This document shows positions 39,527 to 51,437 of a stretch of DNA of 64,000 nt, piece by piece. The first letter of the stretch is position 1, and every line of letters begins with the position of its first letter. The DNA lies in assembly GCA_964016885.1 (NCBI GenBank), contig OZ024740.1, positions 101,060,001-101,124,000 on the forward strand, in the 5' to 3' direction. The notes beneath the pieces are model-generated. The model had not been told where the DNA came from, did not search any database, and was given only the letters and a program-made list of their open reading frames with translations. Position numbers and translations under genes: made by a program. Source of the DNA: Eledone cirrhosa (taxonomy: Eukaryota).

Positions 39527-40084
39527 ATATATATATATATATATTTGCTATATATATATATATACCGAAATATAGATGAGAGGAGGGGCTGTGTGATTAT
39601 TGATAACGGATTTTAGAAGGTAAGGAGACACAAACAAGAGGTGGACACTCTCCCTTCGTCAATAGTTAACTACGGGTCACAGATGTTTCGGCGCATCATT
39701 AACTATACATCTATCCGTAGCTCACCCAGAGCCTTTTATCTATCAAAAGGCCATGAGGGAGAGAAAGAAAAGAAGAAAGAATGAAGTAAAAAATAAAAAT
39801 AAAGAGAAAATATGGAGAAAAAAATACTATCGATAGAAGGGGGAACACAAGACAATGGTACATGTAAGCAAGTAACCGTGAGAATGGAGATCAAGTTAAA
39901 AAGAGCCGTTGGGTTTAAGCCTGGGGCAATAATAATGCAGTAAGGTATCCCACGTTTGTACTCAGCGAAAATGCAACAGAAGAGGGAGAGAAAGAAGAGA
40001 AGAAAGTGAGAAGAATAAAAGGGAAAAAAAACAAAAAAAACAATGGACAATAGTACATGTAAGCAAGTAACTGAGAGAATGGAG

Positions 40085-40138
<54 letters not shown>

Positions 40139-40139
40139 A

Positions 40140-40717
40140 TAGGTATCAGGATTGGTACTCTGAAATAGCGATGTATACATGAATGTATGTATAGTATATT
40201 TGGTAATATACCGTATGTTTAATTAAAAACATTTAGAAGAGCATACACTATCGGTTTTAAAGTAGTGACTATGTCACTTACTTCTTTTCGGCGAAAGAAG
40301 AGAGAGAAGCTAACAGTCTGTTTCACGCTGTTGCCGATCATCTCCCTGCCACGCACTCAGAGCCTCGCACTCCCTGCCTTCGCCGAAAATTATAGATGCT
40401 TGTTTCTTATAGAATTCCAGTAATAATCAGGAGCTGATTATACAGAGCGATTACCTGTCCAGCAAAAATTAGGTATTAGGATTGGTGCTCTGAAGTAGCG
40501 ATGTATACATGAATGTATGTATAGTATATTTGGCAATATACCGTATGTTTAATTAAAAACATTTTGAAGATCATACACTATTGGTTTTAAAATAGTGACT
40601 ATGTCACTTACTTCTTTTCGGCGAAAGAACGTAATTAAACATACGGTATATTGCCAAATATACTATACATACATCGCTATTTCAGAGCACCAATCCTAAT
40701 ATCTAATTTTTGCTGGA
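40140..40717. repeat. Partial tandem (330-bp period) plus inverted tail
   Basis: 40140-40299 resembles 40470-40629. 40633-40717 is the reverse complement of about 40457-40556 with a short deletion. Confidence 0.9.
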
Positions 40718-40722
40718 CCGGT

Positions 40723-42515
40723 GCATATCCTCCACAGATGCTGCCCATGTCTCACTACCATGCAGCATCGTGTTTCTCACACAGGCATCATATAACCTAC
40801 CTTTCATTTGTAGGGAGAAACCTTCATTAGCGACAGAGGAAGCAGCTCACTAAACTTCTTCCATCCTGTACATAGTCTAGATACTATAGCCTTGGAGCAA
40901 CCTCTTCCCTTGCTAATCTGTTCACCTAGGTAATGGAAGCTATCAACCAACTCTATAGATCCTACCCGCATTTGAACAATGTGCCTATCACTGATACTTC
41001 TACTTTCAAATTTCCCTGAACATCTACCCCATATGAAGTTTTCCCTTCCTGTTAGCTTGCCATCACTTGTGTACCCAAAATCTGCATTGTGTACATTCTA
41101 TCGAGTCTAGGCCGATTTCTCTGATAGAATCAGAGTTTTGTCCTCTTTCCTACTTTTCAACACTTTAGTCTTTGCTAGGTTCACTGTTAGTCCTCTTGAT
41201 TCTAACTGCTGTTTCCATAGCCAGAATTTATTCTCTCACTCCTCTACTGATTCTGCTATACGTACCAGATCGTCAGCATAGAGAAGTTCCTATGGGCAGC
41301 CAGTCTTAAACTCCTTTGTTATGGCTTGGAGGACTATAATGCATAAGAGTGGGATGAGGACCAAACCCTGATGTACTCCTACTTGTATCTGGAATTCCTC
41401 ACTAAACTCCATTTCTACTCCCACTTTACTGATAGCTCCTCTGTACATAAATTGCACTGTCCTCGCAAGCCATTCCTCTACACTTAGTTTCCTTAGGGAC
41501 CACCAGGTGACAGATTTGGTTACTCAATCAAAGGCCTTCTCTAAGTCAACAAAAGCTAAGTATAGTGGCTTATTCTTCTCTAAGAACCTCTCTTGTAGTT
41601 GTCTCACTATGAAAAGGGCATCTGTTGTACTTTTCCCAGGCACAAAACCAAACTGCATCTCATTTAATTTGACTCTTTCTCTAATTAGTTGTGCTAGCAC
41701 TTTTTCTGTCACTTTCATAACCTGATCCATCAGTTTTATTCCCCTATAATTGCTCCTCTCCAGAGCATCCCCTTTACCTTTGTAGCAATTTACAAGAATA
41801 CTGCTGCACCAGTCTTTGGGTATAACTCCACCATATATAGCCTGATTGACTATTCGTGCAACCAGTTTAGTTCCTACTTTTCCTGATGCCTTCAGCATCT
41901 CAGCAACTATCCCTGACGATCCAGCGGCCTCACCACTTTTCATTTCCTTAATTGCCTCTTTGACCCTATAGTCATCAATCTCAATAGCTGTTGGGTCTAT
42001 TGGGAGTAGTTTCTCTCTCCCTTATTCATTCTCAACATTCATCAGTCTCTCATATGACATTTTCAAGCCTCCTTTTTCTGAGCATCAGTGACACTAAGTG
42101 CACCAGCATCAGTTTGGACACACTTATCTCCAACACCATCCTGATTTACACTGACACACTGCCTTGCAATGCAGAACACCACACATCTCTGATCCTCTCA
42201 TCACAGAATATTGGCAAACCTCCTGCTCTCAGCTTTCCTGCATGCTAAGTATACCTGACATCTAGCCTTTCTTTTTGCGGCTGAGTATCAGTCGCTACTC
42301 CTCCCATTTTTCCAATCCTTCCATGCTTGTCTTTTCTCTTTAATGGTTCTATCTACCATGCTGTTCCACCAACAAGTCACCCATTGTCTTGTGTCTTGTT
42401 GGAGCTTTGCTCCAGCCACAATTCTCTTTAGTTGCTTTCAGTAAGTTGTCACATAAGAACTTCCAGTTATCTTCTATGTCATGCTTATCTTTTATCTTTA
42501 ATGGCTCCATCTACC
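40723..42515 (-). mobile_element. RTE-clade LINE internal fragment (RT domain), disrupted
   Basis: MKSGEAAGSSGIVAEMLKA...YKGKGDALERSNYRGIKLMDQVMK...MQFGFVPGKSTTDALFIVRQLQE...AFVDLEKAFD, then GVHQG, ELLYADDLV and GRLYDACVRNTMLHGSETW. Confidence 0.93.
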
Positions 42516-42518
42516 ATG

Positions 42519-42578
<60 letters not shown>

Positions 42579-42582
42579 TATA

Positions 42583-43317
42583 TACGAACAACAATGTTAC
42601 ATGGTAGTGAGACCTGGGTGTTGTGTGTAGAAGACTTGTGTAAATTAGAAAGAAACGAAGCCTGCATGCTCCGATGGATGTGTAATAGTAATATATGTGA
42701 ACGGCAAAGCATAAACAAATTGAAAGAGAGACTGAGCAAAAGAGAAAGCAAATGCTGTGTGCAGGAGAGGCGGTTGCATTGGTATGGACATGTGATGCGT
42801 ATGAAGGATGACAGCTACATAAAAAGGTGCAGACCACTAGAAGTCGATAGAAACCGCGGAGTGGGGAGACCCAAGAAGACCTGGGATCAGGTGATAAAAG
42901 TCAACCTTACCCAATTGCACCTCTCAAAGGCGATGACGCAGGACCATGACCTCTGGTGTCATGCAGTAATACAGAAGACCCAACCCCCCACGGGTACAAG
43001 CCAAAGCTGAAGCATATAGACAATTCCCCACCTCCTCCCACTGCTAAGTGGTCATGGAGGTGCCACGGCAAAAAAGCACCCAGCTCACACTGTAAAGTGG
43101 TCGTGTAGGCGCCACGGAAAAAAAGCACCCAGCACTCACTGTAAATGAGGTTGATGTTAGGAAGGGCATCCAGCTGTAGCAATCAAGCCAAAATCAGTTC
43201 CCGTATGAGCAAGAAAAGGTCAGCCGACCAAGCCCTGCCCACAACAGGACAACCCGTCTGAGCCATGCTAGCATGGAAGAATGGACATAAAACGGTGATG
43301 AGGATGATGATGATGAT
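42583..43317 (+). mobile_element. RTE-clade LINE 3' fragment
   Basis: MLHGSETW...RRLHWYGHVMR...GRPKKTW plus the same 3'UTR and (GAT)n tail as 26174-26940. Confidence 0.92.
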
Positions 43318-43798
43318 ATATGCGTGTGTGTGCAAGGCAGAATGTTTGTAAACAAACAGTTGTGATTATTTAAATTTACTGTCTCTTAGTTTAAAGCTTC
43401 AATTATTAAAATGTTTCAATGATCAAGATGTTCGTGTGATACTCAGATGGTTTTTTTTCCCAAAGAGATGTCCCTCTCCAACAATTATATTTTTAATGTT
43501 CCTGGTGATAAAAAAAAAGGATATAAAATTATGCGTTAATGAGGTCTGTTTTTATACTTTGACTTTACTATATTGTACCTATATACTATAATACTATAAA
43601 AAAACTTAAGTAATTTTTTTCATTTACAATATTCTCCTTGTTTCATTTGTTGAAACACATATAAAACAAATAGACGGGTTTAATTAATTCATATAGCCTG
43701 TAATTTTTATTTAAATGCTTTATTTACTTATACTTATATAATAACCACATTGAGCTTGAAAGTTCCATGGTATAATTTGACATTTTGATCTCATTCAC

Positions 43799-43832
<34 letters not shown>

Positions 43833-44299
43833 AGAATAGAGAGAGAGAGTTTTGAATCTCTACCTTATTAATATATATAAATGTGTGTATATATATATAT
43901 ATATATATACATATTTATTTTATATATACACATTCACATACCCACACTCACAGATACATATATATATAGAAAGAGAGGGAGAGAGAATGGGGGGGGGGAT
44001 AAAGTGAGAGAGAATGAGAAAAGTGCAAAGCTAATGCGTGTATGCATGTGTGAGCTTCATTTTTCAAATTCATTTTCTTCTCATTCCACTCACTGTATTA
44101 GTCTGTTCAGAATAAATTTTATATGCTCCAGAGTTATGTATATTCTAACGTCTTGCAGCAGTTATAATATGAATTGTTAGAGAATAAATGCTTATATTAA
44201 CTGAAATGTAATTTTCACAGATTGTAAATATATCTGTATATATATATATATATATATACTGTATATATATATATATATCTGTATATATATATATATATA

Positions 44300-44358
<59 letters not shown>

Positions 44359-45506
44359 TATTATATTATATTACAATATATTATATTATATACTATATAT
44401 ATATATATATATATATGCATTTGGTATTTTTCCCATTATTGTATATTGTCTGTGCCAAATATGTATGGATAGTAGACCATTACTTTCTCATGATATTACA
44501 GCATATTTCATAGAATTTTATTGATTTCTAGTCATAACACCTTGAAAGACCATTCTTTAAAATACTAAACGAACTGCCACTGCTACATGTCATTTTACTC
44601 TGAAAGCCAGTTATTTATCTTCTCTGTACATGCCTGGACATGCCATTTATGAAATATACAGTATATATTTGCTACAGGGACATTTCACCAACCCTGAAGA
44701 TATTTCATAAATTTTATATGAAAGATTCTTTTTCTCATATGGGAATTCTACATTCAACGACGAAACTCTCCTTAAATCTTCTTTACTTATTTTCGAATAA
44801 CAGTTTTGAGAACATATAAAACAAAAATAATATCAGTAACAAATAGAACTATACACAAAATTAGTGGTTACTGCTTACAGTTGTGTTTTCCTTTTACCAT
44901 TAGTTTATTTATTTTGCACAAACTGGTTGAGAAAAGATATTGTTGTTGTTTGTAGTAAGTAGAGATTGAAGTAATGTTAAAGACTTCTTTGTACAGCAGT
45001 AGTTAAACAAAGAATATTTTGACAACAGGGAGAGATAGTGAAAGTGAGAATAATATACAATTATAGATCCCTATGCCCCAGGACAGACATAAAATTTCAT
45101 GTTAACATGGTGTGCCAAATGGTTACAAAAATGTTATCTCCTATCAATTGTTTAAAACAAATTTCAGCACCAATATGCTCTGCCAATATAATCAGACAAC
45201 CTTATATATATATATATAATAGAGTTGAGAGTGATTGCATAAATATGTATATAAATTAACACATTTTTAGTATATAGATTTGTAAATATGTCAAATATAT
45301 GTACTTCTGTGTCAGCTGTTAATTGATTTCAGATAGTAGGGTCTACATCAGGTTTATTATTACTTATATTATCCTGAAATGGACATAGTAATCTGCATAT
45401 TATTAGCACCCATAATAATAGTTAAGATAATTATATCATATGCTAAGCAACTGAATCATACAATAATGTTATATTTTTGGAAACTCAGTTACCTCTAAAC
45501 AGTATG

Positions 45507-45631
<125 letters not shown>

Positions 45632-45688
45632 TTTCATCATTTCATTTTACGTCCGCTTTTCCCTGCTTGGAAAATATATATGTAAATG

Positions 45689-45719
<31 letters not shown>

Positions 45720-45978
45720 TTGGATGGATGGATAGATAGATAAAGATATAACTTCATAGTATGCTTCTGTTGATTATTGCACAACTTCATATGTATCTTA
45801 CCTACAAGAGCACATTCAAAATAAACTAAACACCAACAGATGTTAAATGATGAAAATGGTGAGGATGATTATATATACTTGGTACCAGTTCCTACTTAGA
45901 TTAGTACAACTGATGTGGAGGGTTAAACCTTGATTACTCTGGCAATCAACTAACATAGAATTAAACACACATACACAG

Positions 45979-46068
<90 letters not shown>

Positions 46069-46075
<7 letters not shown>

Positions 46076-46595
46076 TATGTATACGTACATACATATATGT
46101 ATACAGACGTACAGTAGTATGTATATATATATACATACATGCACACATATATATATGTACGTATGGATTCACCAAACATTTATTATAATGCTCGGTGTGT
46201 TTGTAAACAAACATCCCGTATTAAGCCGTAGTGTCTAGCAACCACAGTTGGTCGTTTGTTCAACACTGACAAAGGAACGCTGTACTAGTTTCAAGCTTGT
46301 TAGCTATCGTCAGCAACGTATACCTTCCTGCCAGATAGTTGAACGTCCGAAAGTATATACTTTCCTTATGCATATTAACGGCTGAGTAGCCCAATTTGCA
46401 TATCGAGTGGGTTAATCGGCCGGGTGCACACTACGACTTAATACAGGATGTTTGTTTACAAACACACCGAGCATTATAATAAATGTTTGGTGAATCCATA
46501 CGTACATATATATATGTGTGCATGTATGTATATATATATATACATACTACTGTACGCCTGTATACATATATGTATGTACGTATACATACTTATAT
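46069..46595. repeat. Inverted repeat (about 165-bp arms, about 190-bp spacer)
   Basis: 46069-46234 versus 46428-46595, with few mismatches. Confidence 0.95.
46278..46318 (-). ncRNA. Minimal type I hammerhead ribozyme motif
   Basis: cgttg-CTGACGA-t-agct[aaca]agct-t-GAAA-CTAG-TA-cagcg: 5-bp helix I with one G-U, 4-bp helix II and a palindromic tetraloop on helix III. Confidence 0.8.
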
Positions 46596-46706
46596 TTAAG
46601 TAACAGCCGTACTAAGAGTGGGAAATGAAATTTCGTTTCATTTTTTCCATTTATATATATATATATATATATACATACATACATACATGAATACATACAT
46701 ACATAC

Positions 46707-47318
46707 ATGGTGGCTGCCAACTCGTTTTCGAGTACGGCCACTACTTTATATCCATGTAGGAGAACTCCTACCGATGCGCTGAACGAGTGTGACTTTTTAG
46801 TCCAGCCAGCGACTTGAAAACTCTGGTACAAACACTACACATGTGACAATTATTGACACATAGTGCTTTGCCTTTGGTACCATGTGACGACAAGTGCAGA
46901 GAGATCTCCAGATACAAAGCAATGCCTGTGCCGTGAAGCTTTTATAGTAAGCAAAGGCACTGCACGAAGCCAGTCCCACTCTCTTAACCAAGATGATATT
47001 TACCAAAAAGAAGAACAAGTCAACATCATTGGATACCATCAGGGTTGCAGGTGTTATATCAGAGTTTTCCTTCTCCTAGAATTCTGCCTTGACAAAGGCT
47101 AAGGGGTCATCTCTCCCAGTGATTTTGGATGGCCATTAACTCTTAAGAGCTCCTTTGCCCTTTGACAGGTTTTGTTTTTAGTCCTGCAGGATGTTCAAAG
47201 CCACCCTCCTCACCAAGAAACCTTGGTGGGGTTGCCAGTTTAGTCGCCAACGACCCGACCATGAGACAGGTTGTACTGGGATACATGTTACCAGTAGCAC
47301 CAACTGGTGACCTGACAT
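46707..47318 (-). mobile_element. About 610-bp non-coding element in (TATG)n, resembling an RTE 5'UTR-derived repeat
   Basis: Second near-identical copy at 16868-17232. The motifs ggcgactaaactggcaaccccacc and ggagaaggaaaactctgat recall RTE 5'UTRs (from memory, unverified). Confidence 0.7.
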
Positions 47319-47340
47319 AATACATACATACATACATACA

Positions 47341-47376
<36 letters not shown>

Positions 47377-47382
47377 TATATT

Positions 47383-48436
47383 TGCAGGCAATAACGGAGG
47401 AGTTTAAGACCAGATGCCCATGGGAACTCCTGTATGCAGATGACCTCGCACTTATAGCTGAATCTATGGTAGAACTAGAAAAGAAATTCCAAACTTGGAA
47501 GCAAAGACTAGAAAGAAAGGGTTTCAAAGACTAAGGTCCTTGTATATAGATGAGAAAACAGAACCCAGATCCCTTCAGGTAAATGGCCTTGCTCAGTATG
47601 TAGGAACTCCATTCTCTGCCCCAAATGCAAACAATGGGTACACGAAAGATGTAGTGGGATCTCAGGAAGATTAATTAAGAATATAGGCTTCACATGTAGC
47701 AGCTGTGCTGGAACAGCAAGCAGCAAACAGCCACAGGAAACAAGTACCAGCAAACTCCAGGAGGGCTCTGTAGAAACAGTAGACAGCCTCTGCTACCTAG
47801 GTGACCGAATTAGCAGCAGAAGTGGGTGTTCGGAAAGTACAATAAATAGGGTAAGAACGTGAGGGAAAAAGTTCAGGGAGCTACTGCCACTGCTAGCTGC
47901 AAAAGGCTTTTCCCTCAAAATGAAAGGCAGACTGTATGATGCGTGTATACGAACAGCAATGTTACATGGTAGTGAGACCTGGGCGCTGTCTGTGGAAGAC
48001 TTTCGTAGATTAGAAAGAAACGAAGCCTGCATGCTCCGATGGATGTGTAATAGTAATATACGCGAACGGCAAAGCATAAACGATTTGAGAGAGAGACTGA
48101 GCAAAAGAGGAATCAAATGCTGTGTGCAGGAGAGGCGGTTGCATTAGTATGAACATGTGATGCATATGAAGGATGACAGTTGCATAAAAATGTGCAGAGC
48201 ACTAAAAATGTGCAGAGCACACACTGTAAAGTGGACGTGTAGGCGCCACGGCAAAAAAAGCACCCAACACTCACTGTAAATGTAGTTGGTGTTAGGAAGG
48301 GCATCCAGCTGTAGAAATCAAGCCAGAATCAGTTTCCGTATGAGCAAGGCAAGGTTAGCCGACCGGCTACTCCTCACAACAGGACAACCCGTCTAACTCA
48401 TGCTAGCGTGGAAGAACGGACATAAAACGGTGATGA

Positions 48437-48438
<2 letters not shown>
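47383..48438 (+). mobile_element. RTE-clade LINE 3' fragment with internal deletion
   Basis: QAITEEFKTRCPWELLYADDLAL...KWPCSVC...CYLGDRI...KGRLYDACIRTAMLHGSETW. It jumps into the 3'UTR at a duplicated aaaaatgtgcagagcac (about 48186-48220) and ends in a (GAT)n tail. Confidence 0.92.
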
Positions 48439-48484
<46 letters not shown>

Positions 48485-49204
48485 TCATCATCACCGTTTT
48501 ATATATATATATAAATATGTATGTATGAGCAATTGTCCCACAATGGGATAACTTGTCCAACCCATGCTAGTATGGGAAAATGGACATTAAACGGTAATGA
48601 GGATGATGATGATATATATATGCATATGTAAATATACATACATATACACATATATATAAGCATGCACATATATATATGTATGTATCTATGTGTGTGTATG
48701 TATGTATGTATGCATGCATGTATATATGCATGCACACATGCATGTATGATGCATGGGTGCATTTGTATTTATTTGCCTGTATGTTTATGTAGATTTATAT
48801 ACATATGTGTGTGCCTCTGTACTTGTGTATTTGTGTATTTGTGTATGTGAATATATGTGCATGTGTGCATGTGTATCTCTGTGTTTGTGTATGTATGTGA
48901 ATGTGTGTAGGGAATGTGTGTGTGTGAGTGTGCATGTGTAGGAATCTAGGAATCTGAATATAGTTTGGTTATTAATTTCAGTAAATGTTGGCTTAGGTGT
49001 AAGAAAATGTGTAATATTAGTTTGACATGTTCTCATCAAAGTAAAAATGAGAAAAGCAGTGATAATTAACCAGCTTGATTACATGTTTCCAATAGACTGC
49101 ATATCAGTTTGGATCTGTAAAAGTTGTTCTGAGTGCCTTCACGATACATATAGGTCTGAAATTATTTATACCTTTCTCTCTCTTTCTATGTCATTAGATA
49201 CACA

Positions 49205-49276
<72 letters not shown>

Positions 49277-49424
49277 TTCACACAAACACATATATATATA
49301 TATGTGTGTTTGTGTGTATGTGTAAGTATATAATCTTCATTTTGCTGTGTATATATATATATATATATATACATATAATACATAAATGTATGTTTGTGTA
49401 TATATATATATATATATATATATT

Positions 49425-50140
49425 ATCATCATCACTGCATGTTTCCACTCTAGCATAGGTTAGACGGGTTGTTCTATTTGAGGCAAGTCCAAGTCAGATG
49501 ACTATGTCTTGCTCATCCAGAATCGATTTTGGCTTGGTTTTTATGGCTGGATGACCTTCCTAATGCCAACCACATTTACTGTAAGTACTGGGTGCTTTTT
49601 GTCATGTCGCCATCACAACCACTTTACAGTGTGGGGTGGGGGCTATTTGCTGTGACAATTACATCACCATTTTACAGTGTGGGCAGGACACTTTTTGTCA
49701 TGTCATCATCACGACCACTTTACAGTGTGGGCTGGGGCATTTGGTTGGAAGAGGGTGTGAGGATTAGGGAGGTGGGTATATATGGGTGTATGTGAGGAGC
49801 AGGGTGTTAGGACATGAGAGGTGTGTGGAAGGGGGATGATTGTGAAAATTTTGCATATCAGATGTATGCTTCAACATGTGCCCACGGGAGGTGTATGGGA
49901 GGAGGGTATGGAGGTGAATACTATATGTATGCTTCAGCCTGTACTCATGGGAAGGTGGGTTTTCTGTATTACTGCATAATGCCAGAGATTCAGGTCCTGT
50001 ATTATCATCTTTGAGAGGTAAAATTTTGCAAGGTCAGCTTTTATCTCCTCATCTCAAGTCTTTCTGAGTATGCTTACTCCATAGCTTCTATCAAATTGAG
50101 CACTCTGCATCATTTTATGCAACTGTCATCCTTCATACAT
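49425..50140 (-). mobile_element. Older RTE 3' end
   Basis: Diverged reverse complement of the RTE 3'UTR and ORF end, with repeated ccactttacagtgtggg units. Confidence 0.75.
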
Positions 50141-50431
50141 ACAGAGGGAGAGGAAGAGAGAAAGAAGGGAAAGCGGTAGAGAGATAGAGAGGGTGTTATG
50201 TAGAAAGATACATATATAAATTAAAGAAATTCAAATAAATCTTAATTAGATATTTTACTCCAAAAGTAGGCAAGAAGGCTTTTGAAACCATAACCACTTG
50301 AAATACACCTCCCATATTATTTATAATTAATCCCGCTACTACTACCACCATTACAATAAGTCATACTATAGCCCATTCTCTCTTACATATGCATACATCT
50401 TTATTATGTATATATAGAGAGAGAAGGAAAG

Positions 50432-50464
<33 letters not shown>

Positions 50465-51437
50465 TCTATCTATCTATCTTTATTTGCCACAGGGGCATAC
50501 ACAAATGGGACATTACAAGACGTGATGGTGGGGGTTTTACATAAAGTCTTTAACACTGGTAAATAACAATAAACTATATAAAAATAAAACAATTGAAATC
50601 CCCATTAGGGGGGAGGGGGTAATGCTACTGCGGGGTTGTTTTACACCCCGTGGATAGAACAACACTCAATACCAGGAACACGTTTTGTAGGTCTTCCTGT
50701 CTTCCCTCTGTTTATCTTCCTCAACCTACAGGTTTATATACAGAGAAGGCCCATTCACCCATTTTCACCACATTCACCCACCTTTCAGCGAATTTACTGG
50801 GGTGTAGCACCTCTCTCTCCACTCTCACTTTCCTTCTGAAGTGGTACTTAAAGAAGGGGATGAGTTGTTGTCCGGAGAGAAAGGTGCTTGCCCTCAGTCC
50901 TTTTAACCTCGTCCACAATATTACCTCTTTCGCCATAGCCACCAGACCGAGGAACACCGCTCTCCTTCATACTTAAATTAAGGCGGTGGGGTGATCCTGA
51001 CGATGGACTCGGCTGACAACAGGATGTGTTCTACACGTGACAGTAGCTGTTCGACCTAATTCCACAGGTCGGTCACCCCTGGGCACTGAACAATTGCGTG
51101 CAAAACGGTTTCAATGTCCTGCTCGCATCTTGGACAGGTCCTTTTGGCAGGATCTCTGCCAGGGCGTCCGTGCCTGTAGAGTTTGTCTCAAACTGGTAGA
51201 GCTGCTCGGTAGCACTGCCAGGCCAGAGACCTCTGGAAGTTATCCATGGGTCCTGGATGGAAAGTCCTCCCAAACAGACTGGTCAGTTCGTCTTCTTCAA
51301 TGCCTAGAGTTTCCCCAAGAACGTTGTCGCACTTATCCTCCACTAATTCCCTATAGAATGTCAAAGTGGAGTCTCTGCTGATTGCCATTTCCACCTCGTA
51401 GAGGGCTGTGAGCGCCTGAAGACACTCGAGGTGCCAG
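50465..51437 (-). mobile_element. Tx1/L1-clade LINE 3' fragment
   Basis: WHLECLQAL...MDNFQRSLAWQCYRAALPV*DKLYRHG...TCPRCEQDIETVLHAIVQCP..LW...AMAKEVILWTR...FFKYHFRRKVRVE...FAERW, containing a CX2CX7HX4C finger; AATAAA followed by a (GATA)n tail. Confidence 0.85.

Noticed and set aside
40723-43317. Twin-priming 5' inversion: the minus RTE fragment ends at about the ORF position where the plus fragment begins
   Set aside because: The roughly 50 overlapping nucleotides differ at many synonymous sites (different subfamilies) and a (TA)n tract separates the pieces, so these are more likely two insertions.
44690-44730. CTGAAGA...GAAA hammerhead candidate
   Set aside because: The GAAA is sequestered in the local stem and there is no convincing helix I or III; it could be chance in AT-rich DNA.
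49560-49740. CRISPR-like spaced repeats (ccactttacagtgtggg about every 45-50 bp)
   Set aside because: The spacers are similar to one another, the array lies in an RTE 3'UTR, and the context is eukaryotic with no cas genes.
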